DNA of 64,000 nt, from NCBI GenBank assembly GCA_964036045.1, contig OZ038378.1:15128001-15192000 (forward strand), in the 5' to 3' direction. Positions 49,101-60,299 of this stretch are shown piece by piece. A program made the translations under genes and the position numbers. This DNA is from Eutreptiella sp. 'Long Island Sound 2002'. Its lineage: Eukaryota > Protista > Euglenida. Below the pieces are notes generated by a model. That model saw only the letters and a program-made list of their open reading frames with translations, was not told where the DNA came from and made no database searches. Each line of letters begins with the position of its first letter. Position 1 is the stretch's first letter.

Positions 49101-52100
49101 AACACTCTCATGATCGATTGAGGAGGGGACAGGCCATCGCTTGGTGCCTTTCCCCGGGGGCTAATATGCAGCGAACACATGTCATGGGGCACTGCTGCTT
49201 GTCATGCAGCAACCTTTTGTAACTTGCAAGGACCAAGGGCACTGGGTGCTGGGTGGTGTCATGCCCTTGCCCCGCTGAAGCTCAGCTCCGCCGACCACAA
49301 CAAAGCTCTGCGGTGCGGCACTGGGTCTTGATTGCACAACTTGGCAGACAGACCATCTTTGGCACCCACTGGACCAAATGCAAAGGTGACAACGGCCGGC
49401 GGCACCCGGTGGCTGACAGCAGTTGGGGGCTGGCTGGCCAGTAATTTGCAGGTACCTGCTGGCGATTGACGTGATAGCACCGGCAGGTGGCATCACATGA
49501 CCATTGGCAGGCTGCCAAAAGATGTAGCTCCGCCCTACCTCACAAAAAGAATTGCAAAATCTGACCAATAGCTTGGTGATCCTAACCCTAGAGCACCAAC
49601 CGCAGGCTTGTGCCGCGGTTCATGGTGTTCTGGGACAGGGGTGTTGTGCGGGGTGTTGCAGAGAATGATTTGGGGGGCGCGGGGGGCTGAGACGGGGAGG
49701 TTGCTGGGCAGGTCGTTGGGGTCGTGTGCAGTGGTTGGTGTTGGGCTGTCTGTTGTGAAGTGTTGACTCGGGTGCGTTGTTGTTGTTGTTTTTGGGTTGC
49801 GGTGTTGGGTGGTGTGTGTGAAGGGACTGGGGGGGGGAGGGGGGTTAGGCAGGTGAAATTGGGGCTGGGGGGCGGGGGTCTCCTACCCCGGGACACTTGT
49901 CATCCACACCATCACCAGCTGCCCCCAGCAGTCCTGCCGGGTCCCTATCGCAGCTTTCCGAGACCCGCAACCGCCGAGATCCCTTTGCCATGGTCGATGC
50001 CGCGGGCCCTATCATCGAGCCCTTCCAGGGCCCCAAACAGAAAAACACGCTCAGGTGCAGGGCTGTCCTTGATGCCCCCAAAAAACAAGAGCGTGCCAGA
50101 CTCCGGTACGTCTGGGCCTCAGCAGAGAACCGGAGGACCAGTGACTGCCCTCCTCCCGCACCACCAACGCAGTCCGGTCGGGCTATCGCCCGTTTTCAGT
50201 TCGAGATCCAGAGATCGTCGGTGACCTGAACGCCCGAGTCCCCTTGACCCCCAAGCGGCTTTGCCCCGCCATGTGTCGGCGTCGTCCTGCAGGGGGCTTC
50301 TGTCGCTCACCTTCCGGCCCTCTCCCCGTGCATTCAGCATGTGGACTCTCGACTGCCATCCTTAATCGTCCTGAAAATGTGGCGGGACTGGGCGGCAGGT
50401 CCCAGACCCCGAGATGTCGGGGATTTGCGGTTCAGAGGACCACCAGTCCTCCACTGAGCCGCACTGAGGCACGGTCAGTGAGTCAGCGCTGGGCCGACAT
50501 GCGGTGGACTGGTGGCCATTGGCCATGCGCCCAGGGCCAGTTCTGCATTTGAGGCACCCAGTCCCCACAGTCTGTTTACTCCGCCACCCCCCCCCCCCAA
50601 AAAAAACCTGATCAGCAGGACACAACGCCAAATATTACCACAGTTCTCATGATGAGAATGGAAAAGCCCCCCCCCCCGTTCCTAGGCCCAGCCCGGGGAC
50701 CCCCCCCCTCAGTACACCGCCCCTCACTGCTGCAGGGCCGCGGCAGTGAGGGGAATCTTCTCTACAGGCACAGGACGTACCCACAAGAATGGGCCGGCCC
50801 CTCCGATTGTACGACTTGATCTCCTTCACCACCGCATCCCACTTGCCCTTCTCCCGCGAAAACACAACATCCGACGAGTCTTTGCGCTGATCCGGTCTGT
50901 TGGGTGGCACCACGGCGACGTTGAGGCCATAAATGTCTTTGAACTCCCCTTTCTGTGGATGCGAGGGACGGGGCTCAACGCACACAGGCGCGGGTACATA
51001 TCCACATCCGTATCCACATCCATGTGCGCATGCACGTGCACATCAACATCCACATCCTCGATGAACGAAAGCGGGCCACACGAAAGACATGGCACTGAAA
51101 ACTTTGCTGGGGAGCCTGCAGTGAAGGCATGCATTGTTGTGGGTGAGGATTATGGAGAGTAGAACAACGGGGGTACCTCGGTCTCAGCGGTGCCCGTCAT
51201 CCCTGCGAGCTTGTCGAAGCCTCGGAAAAAGCTCTGGTACGTGACACTGGCAATCGTCACTGTCTCTGGGGCCAGAGTGCGAGAGGGGATTGGGGAGGTA
51301 TGAGGCTGCGGGCGAGGTAAGAGGGGGTGAAAGCACGATGCAAATGGGTGAATGAGCAATTGCCAAATTTGCAGTCTCCTCCAACGAATGAGGGAGCACA
51401 CAGGGTATTAGTTGCATTCCCAAGGAGGGAGCACGTGCACACATACCATTTACAACGCTCATGCATACCTCTCCCCCCCCGTGCTCCCGCAAACCACAAA
51501 CTCTCTCTGGGTCCGTTGATGGCGTCGGCAACATGTCTGCACCTCTTTCCGGGGGGTGGAAGCAGGGTAGCCAACAGACCCCCTGAAGGGGAGCTTCCAC
51601 ACTGATAACAGCGATGCGCTTGAGAGTCGCCGACCAGAGCCCGGATCTCAGCTGTAGTCAATAGCCCACTGCACGCAGCCCACAATCTGCAGCTCATAGA
51701 CCACCGCGCTCGACCTCACGTGCACAGGCCGCCAGTTGTCAATATCTGGAGCCCCCAAAATCTGAGAGGGGGGGCTCAGCAAAGGGGCTGAGTTGACAGG
51801 GCTATTGATCAGTGGCCAGCAAATCTGGCGCAACAGGCGCCAAGTCTGTTTTTAGATTTTGTGCTTCACAACAGCCGAATTTTGAGCCAAAGAATTTTTA
51901 ATTGGATCCCAAGTCCACATTAAACCGCCTGAAAAGGCTCGTGTTGCGTGATTCTGCGCACAAAAACGACCGCCGTTGTGCCCCGGACGCCAGGACTTCG
52001 TTTCCCAATGAAAGGGGTGGTGGTCAGGGCGGGAACCATAAAAGGAGTTGCGTGGGCACACGGAGAACAAACCGTTCTGCACAACCAACCCCTCCTTCGC

Positions 52101-55100
52101 TTCGATTGCCTGATGCAGCCCCTCGCCCCAGCGGCGACCGGGCATTGTGCGGCCTGTGAACTCATCGACGATGACGATATCCCCTTTGGACACAATGTAG
52201 TTCACATCCTTGATCTGAGCGATGGATGGGGCACCCACTGTACCAAGTCTCCCGAACACATCCGATGTTATGAGTGTGTGCGTGTGTGCGTGTGTACGTG
52301 TGCGCGTGTGTGCGTGTGTGCGTGTGCGCGCGTGTATGTGTGTGTGCGTGTGAGAGTGTGGGAGTGTGCGTGTTTTGCCTGAGCTCGTGCAAGCGTGAAA
52401 GGAAGTCGTTGGTGCGACGCAACGCGTGGGATGGGGCTCGAGGCACCACTGTTCGTAATTGAGGGCCAGTGTTCGTCCCCTTCATTTGGCAGAGAGCACA
52501 CAGCGTTAGGGGCGGTCCCCAAGCTGTGTGGCCCACTACGTTGGGTACGAACGTTATTTTTTATGTTGCTCCTTGTTGTGAGTATTGGTCCTGGACCCAG
52601 CAACGACCCTTCCAAGCTGACCCAGCCCACTTAGCATGCCTCCGGGCATCAGTGTTGAAAAGCACCTTCCGAACCTCACGATCCTGGTAATAATTAAGGC
52701 CGGGGCCTCTGCGCAGGGCCGTGGACGCCATGGGTGATGCTGCAAAGACTAGCAGTGGCACTTTCCTTCCACTCTCACCCAAACCACCCATCCAGAGAGA
52801 CAGAAACGACCACATGACACTGGACATCGGTTGCCACACGGCACCCAACCAGCCGTTATGGAACATCCCTGGGGAAACTCCAGAAAGCATCGGGCAATGG
52901 TCTGACGGAGGACCTGGAGCTCCTTGGCGCGGATGGCATTTAGGATGTATGTGGCCCACTGATCCCGGGGGTCGTACAGGTCATTCACACTGTAGACACA
53001 GCAATCCAGGGCGTCGTAGGTTTGCACCTTCGCACATCTCGCAAAAACGCATGGACAGGTTTGTAGTTGAATTGAGAGCACGAGTGCTCAAACAATCATT
53101 GTTTTTTCAAGGATGTGCCATTATGTAAACGCAGATGCTGATATCTAACAGGTCGCCTTTAAAACCTCCTAAAAGGTGTCTTCTCGATTCTTTTTTTTTT
53201 TTTTTTGAAATAGGGCACCCTTGCTCCTGTTTTGGATGCACATTTCGCACAGACCCCAGTGACTTGTCACGTCCAATATGCTCTTCTACAGCCATAGAAG
53301 GGAAAGAGTACTCCGTAGCGCGCCGCTTGCAGTGTCCCACAATGGTCCCAAGAAGCATCAAAAAGATGTTACTGCATCCAAGGCAGACATTCTTGATATT
53401 GAACAATGGCGGTGAATGGGGGGGGGGGGGGGGCAGTGGAAGCGGGGGGGGGCTGGGATAAGCATTCCAACGCCACGTTGAGAGACCTGGGCTGCCTCAT
53501 CCACAACCGACAACATCCACCACACTCTGCTTCGGTCTCAACGGTCGCGACGGGATAAAAAAGGCAGGCATCCCAGAAATGCAGTGCATTTCACTCGCCG
53601 GGAAAGCACATTTCCAGCATGTATACCGTTTGAGAAATTCAAGAAGTATGCCGCAAAATTTTGAAAAAATCAGCAGCGGAAATGCAATCTCCTGAATGGT
53701 TCTGCCCTTCCAGAACGCTCGCATTTCACGCTACGTATTCCCAACATCTCCCAACAATCGCGCTACAGGTTCCTGTATCCCCCTGTCAGCCCCGACAGAG
53801 GGATACGGTTTAGAGAAACAAGCCGTTTCCTATTTCAGAAGGTGTAGAATTGCCTCTGCAAAAAGCAGCGTGTGGAAGCGGGAGCTGAAAAAGACGTTGC
53901 ATGGGGCATAGGGCCCACGATGAATTGTGCAGGAAGGGCGCACAGGAGGCTCCACAGACACTGAGAAAGCAGCTGAACATCTGCTGATACTGTGCTGCTG
54001 CTGCTGATGGTTAGTTCTCTTGATGCTGCCCCAGATCTCTCCTTGTCCCTGCCCCAGTGCGGCTTCGAGAACAAAGGGAGCGACCCGACCCTTTGGCAGT
54101 GCAGTGAGGACAAGAGGGGGTCATACCCAAGGACCTCCTCCACGGTATCAAAGCCCTCTTCCGTCAACTGCACAGTCTTGCCCTTCTCTTGAAAAGTGTA
54201 ATGCACATCTGGTGACAATGCATCCGCCAACTTGGCAGCCTTGCGATATCTAAACACACCATCAAAAGGCAGTGGAAGACCTCATGCGTACGGCACCGTG
54301 TGGGGACAGCCTTTGTACAGATAGAACGTCTTTGGGCGGTTTGCACTGCGACTGTACGATTGGCATTTCGCTGTGACCGCCGCCTCGTTTCTTTGCACAC
54401 AGTGAAGTGTCAAGACACCAGCTCATATTGGGCAGTGTGTAAAGATGTAATGAGTGGAAAGATCCATAAGTGAAAAAAGTGCCGGATCCGGGAATACTAC
54501 ATGTTGCTTCGGGCTGTCAGGGAGCAGCACGCGGTATGCATTGGGCTGCCTGAGACCAAGCAGTTCGAGGCAGGAGGAATATGGAGCTTTAGTCTGCAGA
54601 ATGGTTCCGGTGGGGTCGGGAACTAGAACATCGAGGACAGGGTGAAACCGCCGCACCTGTCGGTTGGGGCCTCCGCCGGTCCACTGATGATGAGAGGGGT
54701 GCGGGCCTCGTCAATCAGAATGCTGTCGACTTCATCAACGATGCAGAAATGGAAGCCGCGCTATGAGTGACGAATTGCAGTGGAGTCGGTGCAGAGCAAG
54801 GGGTTCTGTGCTGTGACAGGGCGGCGGGATGCACTACCGAGGCACAGATGTAGCAGTGTGTGGGATGGAAAGGAAGGATGTGGGATGCGAGGGGATGTGA
54901 TAGACGCAAAGCAGGGGCCTGGGATGCCATACGCCGATGCGACGTAAGGGAGGGGCGGCGGCTGTAATGGCGCCGCAAAAGAAGGGGAGGGACCAATGCT
55001 TTGTGTCATACGATGTGTCATACATATGAGGCAGGGACCATGCAAACCCAAAATCAGGAAGCTTGCGGTGAAATGGGCATGTGATGAGATGCCAGCGTCT

Positions 55101-58100
55101 GAGAAGCGAAGACAAAATTGGGCTGCAATGCTTTCCAAAGATCCACATTTTTCCGGCAGCCAGTGTACATCTCACGGCAGATTTCAGCATGAAAACATGC
55201 CTTCTCCATAAGCACCCAGACTGCAATGCAACCTCAAGCAAACTCTGTCGCTAAAACGCAACGGCATCAACGTAAAGCAAGTGGTACTGCAGTGCGGGGG
55301 AGCCATGGCTTTTATGCGACCTGCTTTGTTGAGCAACATGGTCTGTCGGGGGAGAGGGGACGGGGGGGGGGGGGAATGCATTTTGCATGATGGACTTGTG
55401 GGTTCCACAGAAATTGCCGGAGACAAAAGAGACAGGGGATATGCGCCTGGGCCGAAATGAAGAGGAGGGGCTGGCAGGCCCCTGGAAATCCTGGGTACTC
55501 AATGTATGGGGCTGTTGCTGGAAACGTTCCGCGGAACGCGGAGGGTTTCCGCGGAAAAGGGGGGGGGGGGGGGGCAAGAAGAACAGACCAATCAATGCAT
55601 GCGGTGCAATGCATTTGTCCAGTATCTTTGCAGGGACACCTCCAGCAGTGCAGCCCATGGGCTGCTGGGCGTATGTGGGATTAGCTGCACTTTTCCAGGG
55701 CACGCAAAAGGGCATGCGAGATAACCCTATCCTCTCCGAACAACGACGTGCTCGTACGTCTCCCTGTTCGCTTGCCACACGAGAAGGGGGATGCTTGTCA
55801 ATGGTCAATGCGAGGGGAAGGGGCACGGGGGCTGGGGGGGGCACTGAGAGGTGGCATAGTCCCACTGTTCTACTCTACCGTCACTGTTCTGCCGCTTGGG
55901 GTCCAATGGTCTGGAACGTCACCTGCACCAACTCATTGGTCCGAATGGCCAAATTGTCCCGGAGGTAATCAAACCCAATCTCACTGTTGGTCACGTAGGT
56001 GATGTCCATATCGTAGGCTCTTTTGCGGAGGTCAGGGTCCATGGCAGCCTGAATCAGACCAACTGTCAACCCCAAAAAACGGTGGACCTGCAACGCAGGA
56101 CAATGGAGGGGCAGCTGGTAATGCAGATCCCGGACGGTGGTGAGGGTCATTCACTCGCCTGCTGCATACAGCACGACATCAAGAAAGTGCGGCGGGTGAC
56201 GAAGCCGCACAACACAAGGGGTTGACGAAGCGCACGGGAGGGGGGGGGGGCACAGGGGGAGGAGGGGACACACGTGGCGTGCGCACGGGTCAATTTGCGC
56301 CCTGGGCGAGATACTCACAACCAAGGGTTGTGGGGCTTTTCATTGTTGTTTCGAATCAATGTATGCAGGAATGGAAGAACACGCCCTGCCTCTCTCCCGG
56401 TCCATCAAGGAAAAGTGGTTCGAAACTGTCATGGAGTACAATGGCATCTTTCACTTGGCTTCTGCATGCCCATGTTCGCAACAAAGGGCATGCCCAATCC
56501 AAAATCGTAACACAACTTCACCATACCACAAAGCCCTTTCTTTCATCACCGAACCCCACCTACTCGCTCACACTTGATCCTGGGCTACCCACGAGCCCCA
56601 GACGCGTCAAGAAGTGGATTGCCATGCATGTGCACCCCGACTCAACACGAGGTGGGCAGTTGTTTTGCTTCAAGTGCCGGGCAGGCCTCATCCTCTCGCT
56701 AAGCCTAAGGCCCGGTCACAATGCCAACCAATAGCTGGAAAACAGGTGCATTTGTTCGGATTTCCCGTTTTGTGGGGCACGGTAAATTTTCTCACACCCG
56801 GCCCTCCATCGGTGATTCGAGAACCACCGAAACCCCATCCCACATCACCGTTCCACATCGGATACAAAGTCATCCACCAACACCTGGGAGTTCAGCTCCA
56901 TGTCTCTGCGAGCCAAGTAGTCATTCACCGTGACGACATGCACGCCCTTGCCCTCCAAGGCGTTTAGGTATGCAGGCAAGAGGGACACCAAGGTCTTGCC
57001 CTCTCCTGTCCGCATCTCCGCAACCTGCCCCTCATGCAAGATCATTCCTCCGACGAGTTGTACGTCATACGGCCTCAGTCCCAAGATGCGGAATGTTGCC
57101 TCACGCACCACTGCAAATGCCTCCACGAGAATGTCATCGAGGGTCTGGCCCTTCGCCAAACGTGCCTTAAACTGAGATGCAAGCACGGCAATGAAGAAAC
57201 GATGCAATGTCCGGAGCCAGGAACAAGACAAGGCCATAAGTGGACGGCGAAACTTATCAAGACGGAAGAAGGACAAGCAAAACATCAGATTGGCCGGGTA
57301 GCGTCGGTCCTTATCGGGCCGGGGCTCAAAAATCCAAAGGTCATTGAGCAAGAGGGAGTAGCTTCCTTGTAGAAGTAGGAGCTCGAAAGCCTCCTTGGAC
57401 GTCCCCTTCCATAAAAACAAAATGTCGATCGGTCCTTCCAAACAACGACCCGCAATATCCAGTTTGGTTGGGCAAATGAGGGGCACTATTCTAGCCCCTC
57501 AAGGGCTAGGGCTCCTCAAGGGCTAGGGCCCCTCAAGGGCTTGGGGTTCAAAGGTCAACAACTTCGAACCCGGCCCCACTCCACGCCAACGACGACCGCA
57601 CCCGGCCCCATGGGCACGATAGCGAGTCGTTGTTGCCCCAGACAGCATAGAAAGACGAAGGGGGCTAGGCGATGCGATCCGTCGCGGAGCGGGGTTGTGG
57701 AACCCCCCCCCTCCCCCACCAAATGGTCCGGATCATGGATTGGACATGGAGGTGGAACCCCCCCCCCCCCTTCCTACCATCTGAATGGATCAAACCCTCA
57801 AAAACCCTCAAAAAAGCCGCGGTGCGCCGCACATCCTGCCGGTACTTCAAATACACATATTCAAGCACATGCCCGCTTTGGGAACAATATAATTTGCTCC
57901 GCCCGCGGCTTGCACCCAATCAGATGGTACTTCAAAATCTTCCAAATTGCATGGAAGAAGGTGAACCTCCCAAACAGCATTGGGCACATCACTCACAATT
58001 AGTGCTAAAGTAAAGTGCAAAAATGCAAAGGGGTTGGCAAAAGACATCAAATAGGCAGTGAGCAAATTTTTGATTGGTGACAAAATTCTTCATGCAAAAG

Positions 58101-58669
58101 AATGTTCTTCGTTTGCAACCAAATAACAAAATCAAGTTAGTGAGAAAGTCGTCGTTGGACGACAAAAGTTCTTGATGTAGCTTGGGGCACAAAGCTGCAA
58201 AGTAAACAAATTCAAAACAACAAAGTCACAACAAGGTTATTGATCCACAATTTGAAACAAACTAAATTCTTGATCCCAAAAAGATGCTATAACGAACAAA
58301 GCAGTTGATCCGAAAAAATAAGGAGACAAAGCCAATGTTATTCTGACTATGTACACCACCAATTAGCAAACATAGAGTAGACATGGATCGACGCATTGAA
58401 AATGGATCGCCATGGATCGGGGTTGTGGACAACCCCCCCCCCCCCACCACCAAACGGTCCGGATCATGGATGGCGGTCGATGAAACCCCCCCCCCCCTCC
58501 TACTCCCGAAAAGTACGCACCTCTTCGGTTTTGGCCGCCAGTTGCTCATCAGATAGGGCTTTCATCTTCGGCTCCAACTTGTTGATAGCGTCCACACGGC
58601 CTTGGTATTGCTTCCGGGTAGCCTCGGCCGGGTTGTTGAAGGCACCAAGGATATTGTCAAGCCCAAACA
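36744..58669 (-). CDS. secA: Plastid (thylakoid) preprotein translocase subunit SecA, 18 core exons, ~902 aa mature region
   Basis: Exons 58521-58669, 56884-57171, 55923-56087, 54657-54760, 54127-54249, 52914-52989, 52073-52214, 51177-51265, 50781-50952, 48813-49042, 48143-48409, 47562-47831, 46159-46221, 44695-44827, 41836-41960, 40706-40798, 39349-39456, 36744-36854. All introns GT-AG and phase-consistent. Motifs: [97 protein letters not shown]|[10 protein letters not shown]. No C-terminal SEC-C zinc knuckle. Confidence 0.97.
37574..37785 (-). mobile_element. Tandem pair of tRNA-derived (SINE-like) Pol III heads in the last secA intron
   Basis: Unit 1 starts 37785 (A-box TAACCGAGTGG, B-box GGTTGGATTCCC). 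Unit 2 starts 37639 (TGACCGAGTGG, CATTCGATGCCC). A-B spacing ~31-33 nt, period 146 nt. Does not fold into a complete cloverleaf. Confidence 0.6.
42953..43101. mobile_element. Small MITE (~149 bp) with a perfect 11-bp TIR
   Basis: CCTATTACCCC at 42953-42963 and GGGGTAATAGG at 43091-43101, between a poly-C run and a (GT)n tract. Confidence 0.6.
43455..43760. repeat. Interspersed repeat copy (second, rearranged copy at ~46705-46990)
   Basis: 43530-43650 matches ~46875-46985 directly (ctcctgctggtgtcgtttccgcgttcgcggagcccagt). 43460-43530 matches ~46712-46782 in reverse complement. Confidence 0.85.
46705..46990. repeat. Internally inverted copy of the 43455-43760 repeat
   Basis: The two halves are in opposite orientation relative to the 43.5 kb copy and are separated by ~85 nt of unrelated sequence. 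Confidence 0.8.
47908..47970 (+). repeat. (GGAAY)n pentamer microsatellite
   Basis: aaatggaacggaatgaaacgcaacggaacggagtggaatggaacggaatggaac. Confidence 0.85.
48460..48730 (+). repeat. Compound degenerate (CAG)n/(CAC)n triplet repeat in a secA intron
   Basis: gagcagcagtaccaagagcagcagtatcatcag...accaccaccaccaccatcatcaccaccaccacc. Confidence 0.85.
57491..57544 (+). repeat. Three tandem 17-bp units GC(C/T)CCTCAAGGGCT(A/T)GG, hairpin-forming
   Basis: Units at 57494, 57511 and 57528. The first, with its flank, is the palindrome CTAGCCC-CTCAA-GGGCTAG. Confidence 0.85.
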
Positions 58670-58895
58670 CTGCAAAAAGATGTTACTCCCACTACTCCGC
58701 TTGACCCACGCCGAAGCCAATGTGCAACTACTTGTGCCGCAAAGAAGCCCTCCAAAATGTTTGCATGCGCACGTAATCCAACCACCCCATGCCTCTCACG
58801 ATCTTTAGTTGGCCGATTGTCAACCACCTCGAACCCCTCGCCATGAGTCGTAAGCCCTCGCCATCTCCACCCACCCAAGAATCCACCCACCATAC

Positions 58896-60182
58896 CTGCA
58901 CTTAGACTAGTCATTGAAGGATGTTGATCCATCTGTGGCAACAGGGTGCCGGACGGGTGTGGGTTTGGTACTCCGCGTCTTGGGCCAAGTGGAGACATGG
59001 TGGTAGGTTGTGTTCCCACGGTTCTGAGCGAGATCGGGGGTTTATCGAGAAGGAGCGGAAATTGAGGGTCGGTGCCACATGTTGGCTAACACAAATATGT
59101 CACTAAATGGTTTGGAGCCATCCCAAAGTCGAGGACGCCATGGCGATCAACATCACGAAATGGCAAAACAATCGGTGCTTACCTTGATAGCGGCGTGGTG
59201 AATGTCATCATTGAACTTGGCAAATTGGCTCCTAAGAGGGAAAGCAATTGCGAGTTCCGAGGGGAGAGGGGGGGGCTAGGGGACGCCTGGACTGCGAGTG
59301 ATGAGTTGCGGCCGGGCGAAGATTGCAGGACGCAAGCGAAAATCAACACAAACCTCTTCCCAAGGAGAAGATGCCACAACACAAGATGGCGAGGGCGGAG
59401 ACGAAAAGAGTCGCAAAGCCGAGCTGTGACGGCTTTTGATGATGATAAGGGTTGATTGGATTCTAAAAGGAATGAGAGGTGTCCTTGACTCGTCCGCTAC
59501 CCGGAGGGAGACACCCTTACGCGACCTAAATTCCCATATGAATAGCGGCCCCGAAGCGCTTTTCATGGAGAAGAACGCTTCTCTGTTGCGTTGAGAATTG
59601 TAGTACTAGTGCTGCATTGCAAGCATCCCTCCGCAAGTGCAATTTCCGCGTTACTTCATGAGGTCGCAAAGGGATACTGCATAAGGCCAGTGCAATTAAA
59701 ACGTCATCATACCCTAGATTTGTGTGCAACAATGGGATGTGAACGGTTTCGCTAGAAACACAACACCTGCTCCATCCCGTAGTAATCATGTCTTCGCCAT
59801 GGTGACCCACGAACCGCTGCCATCGCCACCCGACAAGGCTTCCTAAAATAGAGGCACGGGTTGCCATGGGGAAATGGCGGGAGGCGGTGTCGACAAACCC
59901 CCCACGCTTGCCACGGGAGGCCCCACAAATGACAAAACACAAGTTAGGGGGATCTCGATGGTGAGTGTATTTTAAGGCGGAGCACGTCAACAGGCAAAGA
60001 AAGACGAGCGAAAAAATTAGACACTCACAAATCTTCACTTGTGTTATTGCTTGCGCTCCGGGCCCCTTCCTACCTACTTCGCTTCAAGTCAAGCTTACGA
60101 TTCGCAATGTTGGGGAATCCGCAGAATCTTTGGGGACATCAGGCACCACTCACTCCCTCGCGTGGTAGTTGTCAGCCTCCAT
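58896..60182 (-). CDS. secA: Probable N-terminal plastid-targeting presequence exons of secA
   Basis: Phase-consistent GT-AG exons 58896-58932 (MDQHPSMTSLSA), 59183-59231 (SQFAKFNDDIHHAAIK) and one ending at 59767 (...GSLVGWRWQRFVGHHGEDMITTGWS). That frame stays open upstream through CLIFSLVFLCLLTCSAL to ~60085. Candidate first exon 60154-60182 (MEADNYHAR|gtgagt). The 5'-most structure is uncertain. Confidence 0.55.
60009..60034 (-). other. Genomic relic of the euglenid spliced-leader sequence
   Basis: Minus strand AGATTTGTGAGTGTCTAATTTTTTCG versus the Euglena SL as I recall it, ACTTTCTGAGTGTCTATTTTTTTTCG. Exact TGAGTGTCTA core plus T-run and terminal CG. It is followed by CTCG, not GT, so it is not an SL RNA gene. 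Confidence 0.75.
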
Positions 60183-60299
60183 TGATTCCCGAGCGAGAAC
60201 CAAGCATACTGTGGTCCCCAGTACGTGCAAGCAATGCACCAATTGTAAATACTGTACTGTACATCATTTCTAGGGTGTTTTTATGCTGCAAGTGAGTGA

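Noticed and set aside
48410-55922. Short complementarity between intron ends (GTGACG/CGTCAC in 54761-55922; GTGCAG/TTGCAC in 48410-48812) suggesting euglenid intermediate introns
   Set aside because: Only 6 bp, present in a minority of introns, and not in the +4/-6 register of non-conventional introns. Compatible with chance.
1045-59276. Frequent G10-14/C10-14 homopolymers and (CA)n/(GT)n tracts
   Set aside because: Genome-wide background feature with unreliable run lengths; no locus-specific pattern.
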